In this document: positions 1 to 8,441 of the stretch, piece after piece
Layout of the letters: each line of letters begins with the position of its first letter
How positions within the stretch are numbered: position 1 is the first letter of the stretch
Assembly: GCA_001563335.1 (NCBI GenBank)
Contig: LRSL01000076.1
Location: 1-64,000, forward strand
Length of the DNA stretch: 64,000 bases
DNA from: Candidatus Thorarchaeota archaeon SMTZ1-45
GTDB lineage: Archaea > Asgardarchaeota > Thorarchaeia > Thorarchaeales > Thorarchaeaceae
Direction of reading: 5' to 3'
The notes under the pieces: generated by a model
Told to the model about the DNA's origin: nothing
Database searches by the model: none
Seen by the model: the letters and a program-made list of their open reading frames with translations, nothing else
Position numbers and translations under genes: made by a program

Positions 1-1
1 T

Positions 2-1345
2 GAACGTAATGATAATATCAAACTGAATGTAACTAATGCAGAAATATCCGTACAAGGTGCAAGCAATGCCATATCTTGGACCTATACTGAACTTGCCCAA
101 GGCGGATATCAGATTGATTTTGAAACACGTCAAACAGGCAACTGGACAATTTTGATATCTGCATCCAAAGAGAACCATATCCCACTTGATATTCCATTCC
201 AACTCGAAATCACGCTAATTCCAATTAGAATTCAGCTCCTGACACCTAGATTTGCAATGGAAGGCAAACCTTTCAATATAACTGTACGAATCTTTGAGGT
301 TGGGACTAATAGAAGCATAAATGCAACTGTGACATATAGATTCTCTCAAACAGGAAGTGGTGTATTTCAAGAGATGGAGTATGCTGGAGATACTGGGTTG
401 TATACAATTACCATCCCTCTCCGACTCTTCTCCAGTCCTGTTTATAGACTTGAAATTAATGCAGTTCAGGAGAACTATAAACTCCTTCAACTCTTCGATG
501 AAGCTATCATTGTTGACATAGATATTTTGGGAAGAAATACGATGCTGATTTCCACATCAAGTGGAGTCGGAATATCTCTTGTCGTTTTCTTTATTGCATT
601 ACGAATCTATTCTGGAAGGAAAAAGAAACAGCTTAATGTTGATCTCGCGAACAAACGCCGCTTCGATGACGCTGACAATCTCATTGGTGTGATTGTTCTG
701 CACAAGAAGAGTGGCATTCCGATTTACTCAAAGATACCAAAGGGTGGATTCGATGAAGGAATCGTAGCCGCTTTCGTGTCAGCAGTCACTCACTTCAGAG
801 AGGAGTTTGAAATGTTCGATGAGGAACAGATGCAGGTCATCCCAATCTCTGACATCATTCGTGCAGTTCAGACCCGCAATCTCATCTGTGCCTTTATCAC
901 TGTGAAATCTGCCTCCCTAGATCAGAACCGGAGGATGGAGGCATATGGAATGCAGGTTGGTACATATCTTGATGACATCTTTGAAGATAGACCAAGTTCA
1001 ATCGTAGATAATAGGATCAATGAAATGCTTGACTACATCTTTGATACGACTTTGGATGGGCATCTTGTCAAATACTACAAGATCGCCATAACTGAAGTAT
1101 TTCCAAAGCGGTACCGATTCCTGGAAGAATTGATGACCGATGTGGCTACACGGCACTGTTCCAAACCAGTCTATCTGGCTCAAGGAGTGTCCACATATGG
1201 AATACCTCCGGCTAAAGGCTGTACATTGGTTCTTGAAGCGATTGATAAAGGTCTCATTGAAATATGCGAAGAACACGAAATACAAACAACAGAGAAGGAA
1301 TTCAAAGATTTCTTCAAAGGTTCAGCAGGCAAAGCGAAAACGTGA
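2..1345 (+). CDS. Large single-pass membrane protein, 5'-truncated: beta-rich extracellular repeats, TM helix, cytoplasmic longin-like domain
   Basis: Frame is open from base 2, so the gene starts before the window. TM segment GVGISLVVFFIALRIY is followed by RKKK, then LIGVIVLHKKSGIPIYSK...IVAAFVSAVTHFREEF, resembling Asgard longin-like domains. Confidence 0.7.
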   Translation, partial: ERNDNIKLNVTNAEISVQGASNAISWTYTELAQGGYQIDFETRQTGNWTILISASKENHIPLDIPFQLEITLIPIRIQLLTPRFAMEGKPFNITVRIFEVGTNRSINATVTYRFSQTGSGVFQEMEYAGDTGLYTITIPLRLFSSPVYRLEINAVQENYKLLQLFDEAIIVDIDILGRNTMLISTSSGVGISLVVFFIALRIYSGRKKKQLNVDLANKRRFDDADNLIGVIVLHKKSGIPIYSKIPKGGFDEGIVAAFVSAVTHFREEFEMFDEEQMQVIPISDIIRAVQTRNLICAFITVKSASLDQNRRMEAYGMQVGTYLDDIFEDRPSSIVDNRINEMLDYIFDTTLDGHLVKYYKIAITEVFPKRYRFLEELMTDVATRHCSKPVYLAQGVSTYGIPPAKGCTLVLEAIDKGLIEICEEHEIQTTEKEFKDFFKGSAGKAKT

Positions 1346-1415
1346 CACAAATCTAATATCATGGTTGCATTGATACCTACCTGTTGCTTAACCAAGAATC
1401 AGGAAACGATGAACC

Positions 1416-2108
1416 ATGATTCCGGGAATACTGAGCGACAAGAGAGCTGTGGTTGCTATTATAGTAGGTGTGATCCTATCTATTATCGCATATGTCTTTA
1501 TCCGACCTATAGACCGCACTATTTCATATGCTGTCTATGGGGTGGCATTGATCCTACTCGTTTATGCATGCATCATGGACATCTCTGATGAGTTTGAACC
1601 TGTTGCAGATACAAAGTCAATTGCCAAACCAAAACCCACTGTCAAAGATGTTCTGAAACCAATTGATGAACATGTTGAGGAGTATGTGCCAGCAGTCGAG
1701 GCTCCATCAGCAAAGCTCAGTAAACTTCCTATTGAAACCATTGAAGGCATTGGAGAAGTTTATGGGAAAGAACTTCGAGGTGCTGGTATGATCTCAGTTG
1801 CAGATCTTATGGTAGCAGATGCCGGAAAGGTTGCTGAGATATGTGATGTCAATATTGCGCAGGCTGAACGCTGGATTGCAATGAGTATGTTTGCTTGGTT
1901 GGATGAGGTTTCTGAGGAGGATGCTGAGGCAATCGTATTTGCTACAGGCATCACTGATCTCAAGAGTTTAGCTGCAGCCTCTGCAACGGATATTCATAGA
2001 AAGATCAAAACCGCGCTTGATGAGGGTGATGTACGAGTACCTGCTGGCTACAAGTTCAGTATTGAGAAGATACAGAAGTGGATTGATGCCGCAAAGAAAC
2101 TCATTTGA
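1416..2108 (+). CDS. DUF4332-like helix-hairpin-helix protein with two N-terminal TM helices
   Basis: Two hydrophobic N-terminal segments. IETIEGIGEVYGKELRGAG HhH motif; ends IQKWIDAAK. Confidence 0.7.
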   Translation: MIPGILSDKRAVVAIIVGVILSIIAYVFIRPIDRTISYAVYGVALILLVYACIMDISDEFEPVADTKSIAKPKPTVKDVLKPIDEHVEEYVPAVEAPSAKLSKLPIETIEGIGEVYGKELRGAGMISVADLMVADAGKVAEICDVNIAQAERWIAMSMFAWLDEVSEEDAEAIVFATGITDLKSLAAASATDIHRKIKTALDEGDVRVPAGYKFSIEKIQKWIDAAKKLI

Positions 2109-2128
2109 TATCTGATACTAATATCAAC

Positions 2129-2152
2129 CCAGTAAAAGATTGCTTTTACTGG
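2129..2152. terminator. 10-bp hairpin followed by a pyrimidine tract; terminator or 3' end of the opposite-strand RNA
   Basis: CCAGTAAAAG-ATTG-CTTTTACTGG, followed by a T/C-rich run at 2161-2195. Confidence 0.5.
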
Positions 2153-2374
2153 ACCCTCACTCTTTTCTTCACCCCCTGTCCCCTTTCCTTCTTTTGGAAC
2201 TAGAACTGTAGCGCGTTGTACAGTGTATTCTCCAGCCTTCTAGCTTTGTTCTATGACAGTATTGTTTGTGACATCCCTATGTATTACCTGTGGAATACCC
2301 AAGTATTCGCTACATAACGCTAAGGGTTATTAGGAAACACAGTGGAAATAGAGGTGAGTTGTACCACAATAAAT

Positions 2375-2780
2375 GAGCATGGAGATTAAGGCGATGACCA
2401 ATAATGAACGACGCACGTCAACCCTCCAAAAGAATGCGGAAGTCCTCCATACCCTATACGGACTTCTGGACAGTGACCGTGAACCAACCGATCAAGACGC
2501 AGAAAGCCTGCGTTATCTCTACGCGAGTTCCTAACTTTATCATGCTCCTCATTATCCAATGAGGTCAATTCGCTGTCTCCGTGCACCTCCCGGCATCAGA
2601 GACACAGTGGGGGCGGACTCCCCTAGGTCAGGCCCCCACACCATCTTAACGAGTTGATCAAGATGGCAACAACAGAGAACACAAAACTGGCCCGTTCAAA
2701 GGGCACATCCTCATTACTCCGAAAGCACCGACTACAAGCTGAAAGAACGCTTCGTCGGCGTCTCAAGAATCGGAAGTAGT
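2375..2780 (-). ncRNA. Candidate large structured non-coding RNA of unknown family; may extend to ~2130
   Basis: About ten consecutive helices, with G-U pairs favouring the minus strand. TATA-like box ~25 nt upstream of the first helix. No credible ORF. Confidence 0.65.
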
Positions 2781-2800
2781 TTTCGAAAATTTTCCTTTTT

Positions 2801-2815
2801 CATATATAGTTTATC
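2801..2815 (-). promoter_or_regulatory. BRE/TATA-like promoter for the candidate ncRNA
   Basis: Minus strand reads GATAAAC-TATATATG, which places the start at ~2779. Confidence 0.55.
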
Positions 2816-2820
2816 AAAAA

Positions 2821-2842
2821 TATTAGAACACGTGTTCTAATA
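2821..2842. promoter_or_regulatory. Perfect 22-bp palindrome (operator or terminator)
   Basis: TATTAGAACAC|GTGTTCTAATA. Confidence 0.5.
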
Positions 2843-2859
2843 ATATCCTTTGCTTGAAA

Positions 2860-3957
2860 TTAATCAAGTATCTGAAGTTCAAAATGTCCTCGAGATTGAA
2901 CAACTTGTTTGATAATTCTTAAAATTTCAAGGGTGATCCATTTGCTTGGTTTGCCTTTGTGTTCAATACTTCCATAAAGTCTTCCTGATAATGTCCTCTC
3001 GAGCACCCACTCTCCTGAAGCGAGCTGCTTGTTCATTATAACATCAAGAGCATCATCAATTCGGGAATCCTTTTCAAAACCAAGCTTTGTCACTACTGCT
3101 AAACCGCGGACAATGTCGTAGAAAAACTGTGGGAAGGTGAGCATTAACCACTGTTTATTGATGATCCTGAAATCGTGATGGTCAGACTTGTAGAGTCTAT
3201 GCATCAGAATGAATTCAACTCCACGTTTGATTGCCCTTCTTATGCCAATGCTACGGTGTTTCTTTGGTGTTTCTGAGAATGCATCAAGTGGAGTTATGGT
3301 GCCCATGAAACACCCGTGTTTATCATTCTTGTGAGCTCCCCAGTATGGACATAACCAGCCACCATCAATATTCTGGATCTCAACCAGCCAAGCCAACGCA
3401 TCATCTATTGCCCGGTGTTCGGAGTATCCCAACCGAATAAGTGCAAGTGCCACATTTCCTGTCAAACATGAAAGTTCTGACTCTCGAATTTTTGCTGGTG
3501 CCCATTCCTCAAAGCTAGGCGTGACTTTCCTTCTTGCTAGATTTCTTTTACGAACAAGCTCATACTCTTTCTTTGCTCCTCTCTCCATGAACTCCACAAA
3601 GCCTCCATCCTCATGTTGAAAGTCAAGCAGGTGTCCTACAGCTTCTCCGATTTGTGGGTTACTACGGTCCATCCCAAACATGCCCAGTAGCATGACCTGC
3701 CAAAATGAGGATTTGTACTTTGGCAGATAGGGTTCATCTTTTGATTCCCAAAAACCCTCTGGCTTCTGTTTGCTCAATATGTTTTGGGTCACTCTGTATC
3801 TTCCAAGATTTTGTCTTGCTTCAATCAACTCAGAATCATTACTCTTGTATTCAAGGAGGTCTCTCATCGTGAAAAACCTGACAGGCTGATTGTCCGCTTC
3901 TAAAAGCCAATCTATTGGAACGGACTTCAGTGCAGACATCCAATCGCTTGTCATCAT
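2860..3957 (-). CDS. Prenyltransferase/squalene-cyclase-repeat (alpha/alpha barrel) protein
   Basis: Repeated QW-like motifs QKPEGFW, QHEDGGF, QNIDGGW, QLASGEW. C-terminal KPSKWITL. Confidence 0.7.
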   Translation of the reverse strand: MMTSDWMSALKSVPIDWLLEADNQPVRFFTMRDLLEYKSNDSELIEARQNLGRYRVTQNILSKQKPEGFWESKDEPYLPKYKSSFWQVMLLGMFGMDRSNPQIGEAVGHLLDFQHEDGGFVEFMERGAKKEYELVRKRNLARRKVTPSFEEWAPAKIRESELSCLTGNVALALIRLGYSEHRAIDDALAWLVEIQNIDGGWLCPYWGAHKNDKHGCFMGTITPLDAFSETPKKHRSIGIRRAIKRGVEFILMHRLYKSDHHDFRIINKQWLMLTFPQFFYDIVRGLAVVTKLGFEKDSRIDDALDVIMNKQLASGEWVLERTLSGRLYGSIEHKGKPSKWITLEILRIIKQVVQSRGHFELQILD

Positions 3958-4080
3958 TTTCTCCCTATAATCAGAAGATAATCTCAATTTAAGCTAATGA
4001 AGTCACCGTAAGATGATTATCGGCAGTTTTATGGTCAGGCAATAAATAGAACATTCAATATTTCTTTGCAGGTGAAAGGA

Positions 4081-4752
4081 ATGACAAACACACTTGGACC
4101 CAAATTGAAGGTTGCTTCAGTCTTTATCTTCTTAGGATTCCTTATGACGCTGGGTATGACAGCTACAATTCTTCTTAATCCTAGTGGAGGTAATCTCTAC
4201 GAAGTAAGACCAATTGCAAATGTGATTGCTGACCTTATAGCAGCCTCTGCTCAAGACCTCAACATCAAGCTTGCAAGTTTAGTGTTTGATAATTTCTTCA
4301 TAATTGGATACATCTGTATCTTCTATAGTCTCTACCTCATCACGAAGGAAAGAAACCAATTCAGCTCAATGCTTGGCTTCACATTAGGACTGATCACTGG
4401 ATTTACTGATTTGCTTGAGAATGCATTGCAGGTTGCACTATTGACTGGTGTTCCAAATGGGTGGGTACCTGCAGACAATGTGTTTTCATCATTGTGGATG
4501 ATAATGTATGTTAAGGATATATCGAGCTATATGGCTGGGTTTGTCTTCATTGTGATGCTGCTCCTGTCATTGAATGATCCTGTTGAATTCCGAACCTCAA
4601 AATTGGTCTTCGTGATCCTACTCGGATTATATGTGAGTCTAGGAGTGGTTGCTTTGATTGAGCCTCCACTTCTGGTGTTCAGAAATCTCAGCTTCATGGT
4701 CGACCTATTGATTGCATCATTGCTATTCCATCAGCTAGCCACGAAGTTATGA
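4081..4752 (+). CDS. Multi-pass membrane protein, hypothetical
   Basis: About six hydrophobic helices; DLLENA motif. Confidence 0.65.
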   Translation: MTNTLGPKLKVASVFIFLGFLMTLGMTATILLNPSGGNLYEVRPIANVIADLIAASAQDLNIKLASLVFDNFFIIGYICIFYSLYLITKERNQFSSMLGFTLGLITGFTDLLENALQVALLTGVPNGWVPADNVFSSLWMIMYVKDISSYMAGFVFIVMLLLSLNDPVEFRTSKLVFVILLGLYVSLGVVALIEPPLLVFRNLSFMVDLLIASLLFHQLATKL

Positions 4753-4779
4753 TAGCTCAATCATTATGGAGGGTTTCTG

Positions 4780-5541
4780 GTGTCAGAACGACCAAGTGAG
4801 AGATATTACCGCGACACAGCTCGTTTCTATGAGCCATTCGCAACCAGACCTGATGAGCCATTCTTCAAGGAGATGGCAAAGCGTTTCAACTCTCCAATCT
4901 TAGAGATGGGAAGTGGAACTGGTAGGATAACTCTCTTGCTGGCGGAAGATGGTCACGAAATTGTTGGAGTGGATTTATCTCCAGAGATGATTGATATTGC
5001 ACGAGAAAAACTTGACAGTCTACCTAAGGCTGTTCAGTCACGAGTGACCTTTCATCATGGGGACATCGCAAATTTCAGTTTCGACCAGAAGTTCTCACTG
5101 ATAATCATTCCATCAACTTTCAAGTTTCTCTTGACGACAGATGACCAGCTTGCATGTCTGAAATGTGTGCGAAACCATCTACTGGATGATGGGGTCTTCA
5201 TCCTTGATCTTTATCCGGGAGAGGCTTTCGATGCGGATGCGTCAGACACTCTTGGCCCTTTGGAAATTGATGGTGCAATGGTTACGAAGACCTACAAATA
5301 CTCCAATGACTTGAACTCTCAAACACGCACATGGGATGTCACTGTCACGATTACATACAAAGATGGTAAAGTTGAGAAGATAGAAACACAATCAATCACT
5401 GCTCTTACTACGCCACGAGAGGGAAATCTTCTACTAAAGCTTGCTGGCTTTGAAATTCTGGAAGAATATGGGGGTTGGGATTTTACTCCATACAAGCCCG
5501 GCTCATGGCGGAGAATTCTAGTCCTTCAAAAGGAAGGTTGA
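4780..5541 (+). CDS. Class I SAM-dependent methyltransferase
   Basis: ILEMGSGTGR motif I, GVDLSPEM, HHGDI; GGAGG RBS upstream. Confidence 0.9.
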   Translation: MSERPSERYYRDTARFYEPFATRPDEPFFKEMAKRFNSPILEMGSGTGRITLLLAEDGHEIVGVDLSPEMIDIAREKLDSLPKAVQSRVTFHHGDIANFSFDQKFSLIIIPSTFKFLLTTDDQLACLKCVRNHLLDDGVFILDLYPGEAFDADASDTLGPLEIDGAMVTKTYKYSNDLNSQTRTWDVTVTITYKDGKVEKIETQSITALTTPREGNLLLKLAGFEILEEYGGWDFTPYKPGSWRRILVLQKEG

Positions 5542-5546
5542 TTTGA

Positions 5547-5933
5547 TTACTTAATTCTTCGGACCTCTAAAAGGAGTGTCAGTAGAATCGCATTGATCAT
5601 CCCCACGATAATATAGTAGATACCAAGTAGTTCAAATGAAGGTTGAAGTATCCAGAAGAATCCGACAATCAGAGAGAAAAGAAGTGCAAGTATCGCTACT
5701 ACAAGGGAAGCTGAAATGCTATCATCCACTCTCTGCATCACAACTCTTGTGACAAGCATTTGGATGAATCCGAGGACATAGAGGGTGCCCATGATGACCA
5801 ACCATTCGATGTCTATGCTCAGTCCTCCGACAAACACTATGAGACTACCGATGGTTAGAATCGCAGAGAGAACTTGCAGCACCAATGCTCTACCAATAAG
5901 AGAATTTACTGTGATAGTAGGTCTATATGACAT
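5547..5933 (-). CDS. Small four-TM membrane protein
   Basis: Four hydrophobic segments. Confidence 0.6.
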   Translation of the reverse strand: MSYRPTITVNSLIGRALVLQVLSAILTIGSLIVFVGGLSIDIEWLVIMGTLYVLGFIQMLVTRVVMQRVDDSISASLVVAILALLFSLIVGFFWILQPSFELLGIYYIIVGMINAILLTLLLEVRRIK

Positions 5934-6035
5934 TAATCTTCCCAACCTTGAGAGCGGGACTTCTCGATATCACTTTAACATTTTCACCTACGCGAATTAT
6001 CGTTACAGTTATATCCCTAGACCGTGCTGAAGCGT

Positions 6036-6178
6036 TAACCTACTTTGCTGAAGGCGGGAAAAGAACTCAACGAAAGAAACGACAGAACACTAGTTTCAAA
6101 GGTCGCCAATGCGAGACACTCGAGAGTAGAGTATCTCACATCTTTTGCAGATTTTCCGCGTCACTTTAGAGTAGGTTA
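6036..6178 (+). promoter_or_regulatory. Structured 5' leader or small RNA upstream of metG
   Basis: 12-bp closing stem 6036-6047/6167-6178, inner stem GCGGGAAAA/TTTTCCGC and two apical hairpins. TTATAT at 6009-6014. Confidence 0.55.
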
Positions 6179-6195
6179 TCAACATCCAAAGGAGT

Positions 6196-8259
6196 GTGAC
6201 TAAACTGAGTAATTACCCAACCAAAGATCCAGTGCTTGTGACATGCGGACTTCCATATGCAAGCGGTCAGATGCACATTGGTCACCTCAGGACCTACGTG
6301 CCTGCTGACGTGTTTGTCAGACTCCTAAGGAAAATGCGAACAGATGTGGTCTTCATCTGCGGTTCTGATACCCACGGAACACCAGTTCTCACAACAGCAG
6401 AGGCGGAGGGTCTGACACCAAAGGAAACATACGAGAAGTATAACAAACATTACTTGGAAACCTTCCCTAGATTAAACATCAACTTCGATAACTATGCTAC
6501 GACAGATGATCCTGAGAATCATGCTCGAACAATCCAGATTGTAAAAGAGCTTCAGAAGAATGGATACATCTATTCGAAGGAATTGGAAACCCCATACTGT
6601 GAAACCTGCGGCAGATCTCAACCTGATAGATTTGTACGAGGTGTCTGCCCATACTGTGGTGCTGATGCTCGGGGTGATGAGTGCGACCAAGGTTGTGGCA
6701 GATATATTGAACCTGGTCTCATCATCGACCCTCGTTGTGTTGTCTGCGGTAATCCGACTATTCCTGTAACGCGTACACATTACTTCCTAAAGCTGAGTGC
6801 CTTCGAAGACTTTCTCAAAGAATACTTGGAGCAAGTCGATGGTACAAAGAATGCAAAGAACTATGCTCTTGGCTGGGTAAAAGAGGGTCTCAAAGACTGG
6901 TGCATCACGAGAGACCTTGACTGGGGAGTCAAGTTCCCTGGTTCAGAGGACCTTGTACTATATGTGTGGGTGGATGCTCCCGTAGGCTACATGTCGAGTA
7001 CAGAGATCTGGGCGAAGAAGATAGGCAAGCCTAAGGAATGGGAGAAATACTGGAAACCAGGTAAGGGTAGACTTGTCCACTACATAGGTCAGGACATTGT
7101 CTATCACCACTGCATATTCTGGCCATCGATGTTGAAGGGCAGTGGCTACAACCTCCCCTTCGCAATTGTAGCCTCAGGAATGGTTAAGGTTGAGGGACAT
7201 AAGTTTAGCAGAAGCCGTGGATATCTTGTGTGGATTCTGGAGGACTATCTCGATAGAGGTCTTGATCCCGATTATCTCAGATACTATATGGCTTCCTATA
7301 CATCTCAGACAAAGGACCTTGATTTCAGCTGGGAAACTTATACAGATAAGGTTAACAATGAGCTTGTGGCTACCATTGGAAACTTTCTCTATCGAGGACT
7401 ATACTTCACTCAAAAACATTTCAAAGAGGTTCCTACGGGCACTCTCGACCCCTCATTGAAGAAAGAGATAGAATCCTCAATTACTACGATTGTTAGTGCT
7501 GTTAATGAGTATGAATTAAAGAAGGTAGCTGACGAGATACTACGATTAGCATCGATAGGCAACAATTACTTCCAGTCGCAGGAGCCTTGGAGTCTGATTA
7601 AAGAAGATAAGGTGAAAGCTGGAAACGTATTGTTCAATTCGCTAGCTCTCGCGAAAGCACTCGCAATCTTCATCGAGCCATTTATGCCTACTGTTGCTGA
7701 GAAAGTCTGGGATCAGCTAGGGTTCGAACCAACAACAATTCATGACGTTGCTCTTGAGGACGCTTTGGTTCCCCTCAAGGTGGGTGCAAAGTTTGGTAAA
7801 ATAAAACCTGTAATATCAAAGATTGAAGATGACCAGTTAGTAGACCTCAAACACATCATTAAAGACAGAGTAAAAGCTGCTGATGCAAAGCAGAACGGCA
7901 AGGTGAAAGTAAAATTGGTACCTATCAAGGAAACGATATCATTTGATGATTTCCAGAGGATAGACCTCAGAGCAGGCAAGATTCTGAAATGTGAGAAGAT
8001 TGAAGGCAAGGACCGGCTTCTACGCATTGAGGTTGATATAGGGACAGAAAAACGAACCATGGCAACAGGACTTGGACATCTCTATAAGCCGGAGGAGCTT
8101 GAGGGTATGACTGCTTTGTTCTTGGTGAATCTCGAACCCAAGAAGATTGGAGGCGTTGAGAGTCATGGCATGATTCTTGCTGTAGAACGAGCAGACAAAG
8201 AAGGTGCTTGGGTACCTGTAAAGCTCGAGAATCTTCCTCCTGGAAGCAAAGCTGCATAG
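6196..8259 (+). CDS. metG: Methionine--tRNA ligase with C-terminal tRNA-binding domain
   Basis: LPYASGQMHIGH (HIGH), Zn knuckles, LYVWVDAP, KFSRS (KMSKS-like), C-terminal IDLRAGKI...ESHGMIL OB domain. Confidence 0.97.
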   Translation: MTKLSNYPTKDPVLVTCGLPYASGQMHIGHLRTYVPADVFVRLLRKMRTDVVFICGSDTHGTPVLTTAEAEGLTPKETYEKYNKHYLETFPRLNINFDNYATTDDPENHARTIQIVKELQKNGYIYSKELETPYCETCGRSQPDRFVRGVCPYCGADARGDECDQGCGRYIEPGLIIDPRCVVCGNPTIPVTRTHYFLKLSAFEDFLKEYLEQVDGTKNAKNYALGWVKEGLKDWCITRDLDWGVKFPGSEDLVLYVWVDAPVGYMSSTEIWAKKIGKPKEWEKYWKPGKGRLVHYIGQDIVYHHCIFWPSMLKGSGYNLPFAIVASGMVKVEGHKFSRSRGYLVWILEDYLDRGLDPDYLRYYMASYTSQTKDLDFSWETYTDKVNNELVATIGNFLYRGLYFTQKHFKEVPTGTLDPSLKKEIESSITTIVSAVNEYELKKVADEILRLASIGNNYFQSQEPWSLIKEDKVKAGNVLFNSLALAKALAIFIEPFMPTVAEKVWDQLGFEPTTIHDVALEDALVPLKVGAKFGKIKPVISKIEDDQLVDLKHIIKDRVKAADAKQNGKVKVKLVPIKETISFDDFQRIDLRAGKILKCEKIEGKDRLLRIEVDIGTEKRTMATGLGHLYKPEELEGMTALFLVNLEPKKIGGVESHGMILAVERADKEGAWVPVKLENLPPGSKAA

Positions 8260-8271
8260 ACTAACGAGTTG

Positions 8272-8295
8272 GAGATAGCATTTGACTGCTATCTC
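8272..8295 (+). terminator. Hairpin downstream of metG
   Basis: GAGATAGCA-TTTGAC-TGCTATCTC with a T run shortly after. Confidence 0.5.
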
Positions 8296-8441
8296 TATTA
8301 GCATTTTTAGTCCTAGTTTCGTTTAGAGTTAATTTCTGAAAGGCATCTAGCAAACCAAACCAGCCACAAGAGTTATATATTAACAATTGTTAAACACAAC
8401 GTGCGTCTTTTTCGCACGATCTGTTTCTGAGATGATGGACA

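Noticed and set aside
2386-2586. 66-aa minus-strand ORF
   Set aside because: No RBS or recognisable motif; it lies within the helical region and is better explained as a chance ORF.
2375-2780. RNase P or SRP RNA as the identity of the structured region
   Set aside because: GGAAGTCC (2438-2445) resembles the 5' strand of RNase P P4, but I found no matching 3' ACAGAA...GGCUUA element and G-U pairs favour the opposite strand. No SRP helix-8 CAGG...GGAA...AGCA motif is visible. A very divergent version is not excluded without cmscan.
6036-6178. Canonical T-box or SAM-I riboswitch before metG
   Set aside because: No AAxxxAGGTGGxACC T-box sequence and no AUC...GAU SAM-I core; kept only as an unknown structure.
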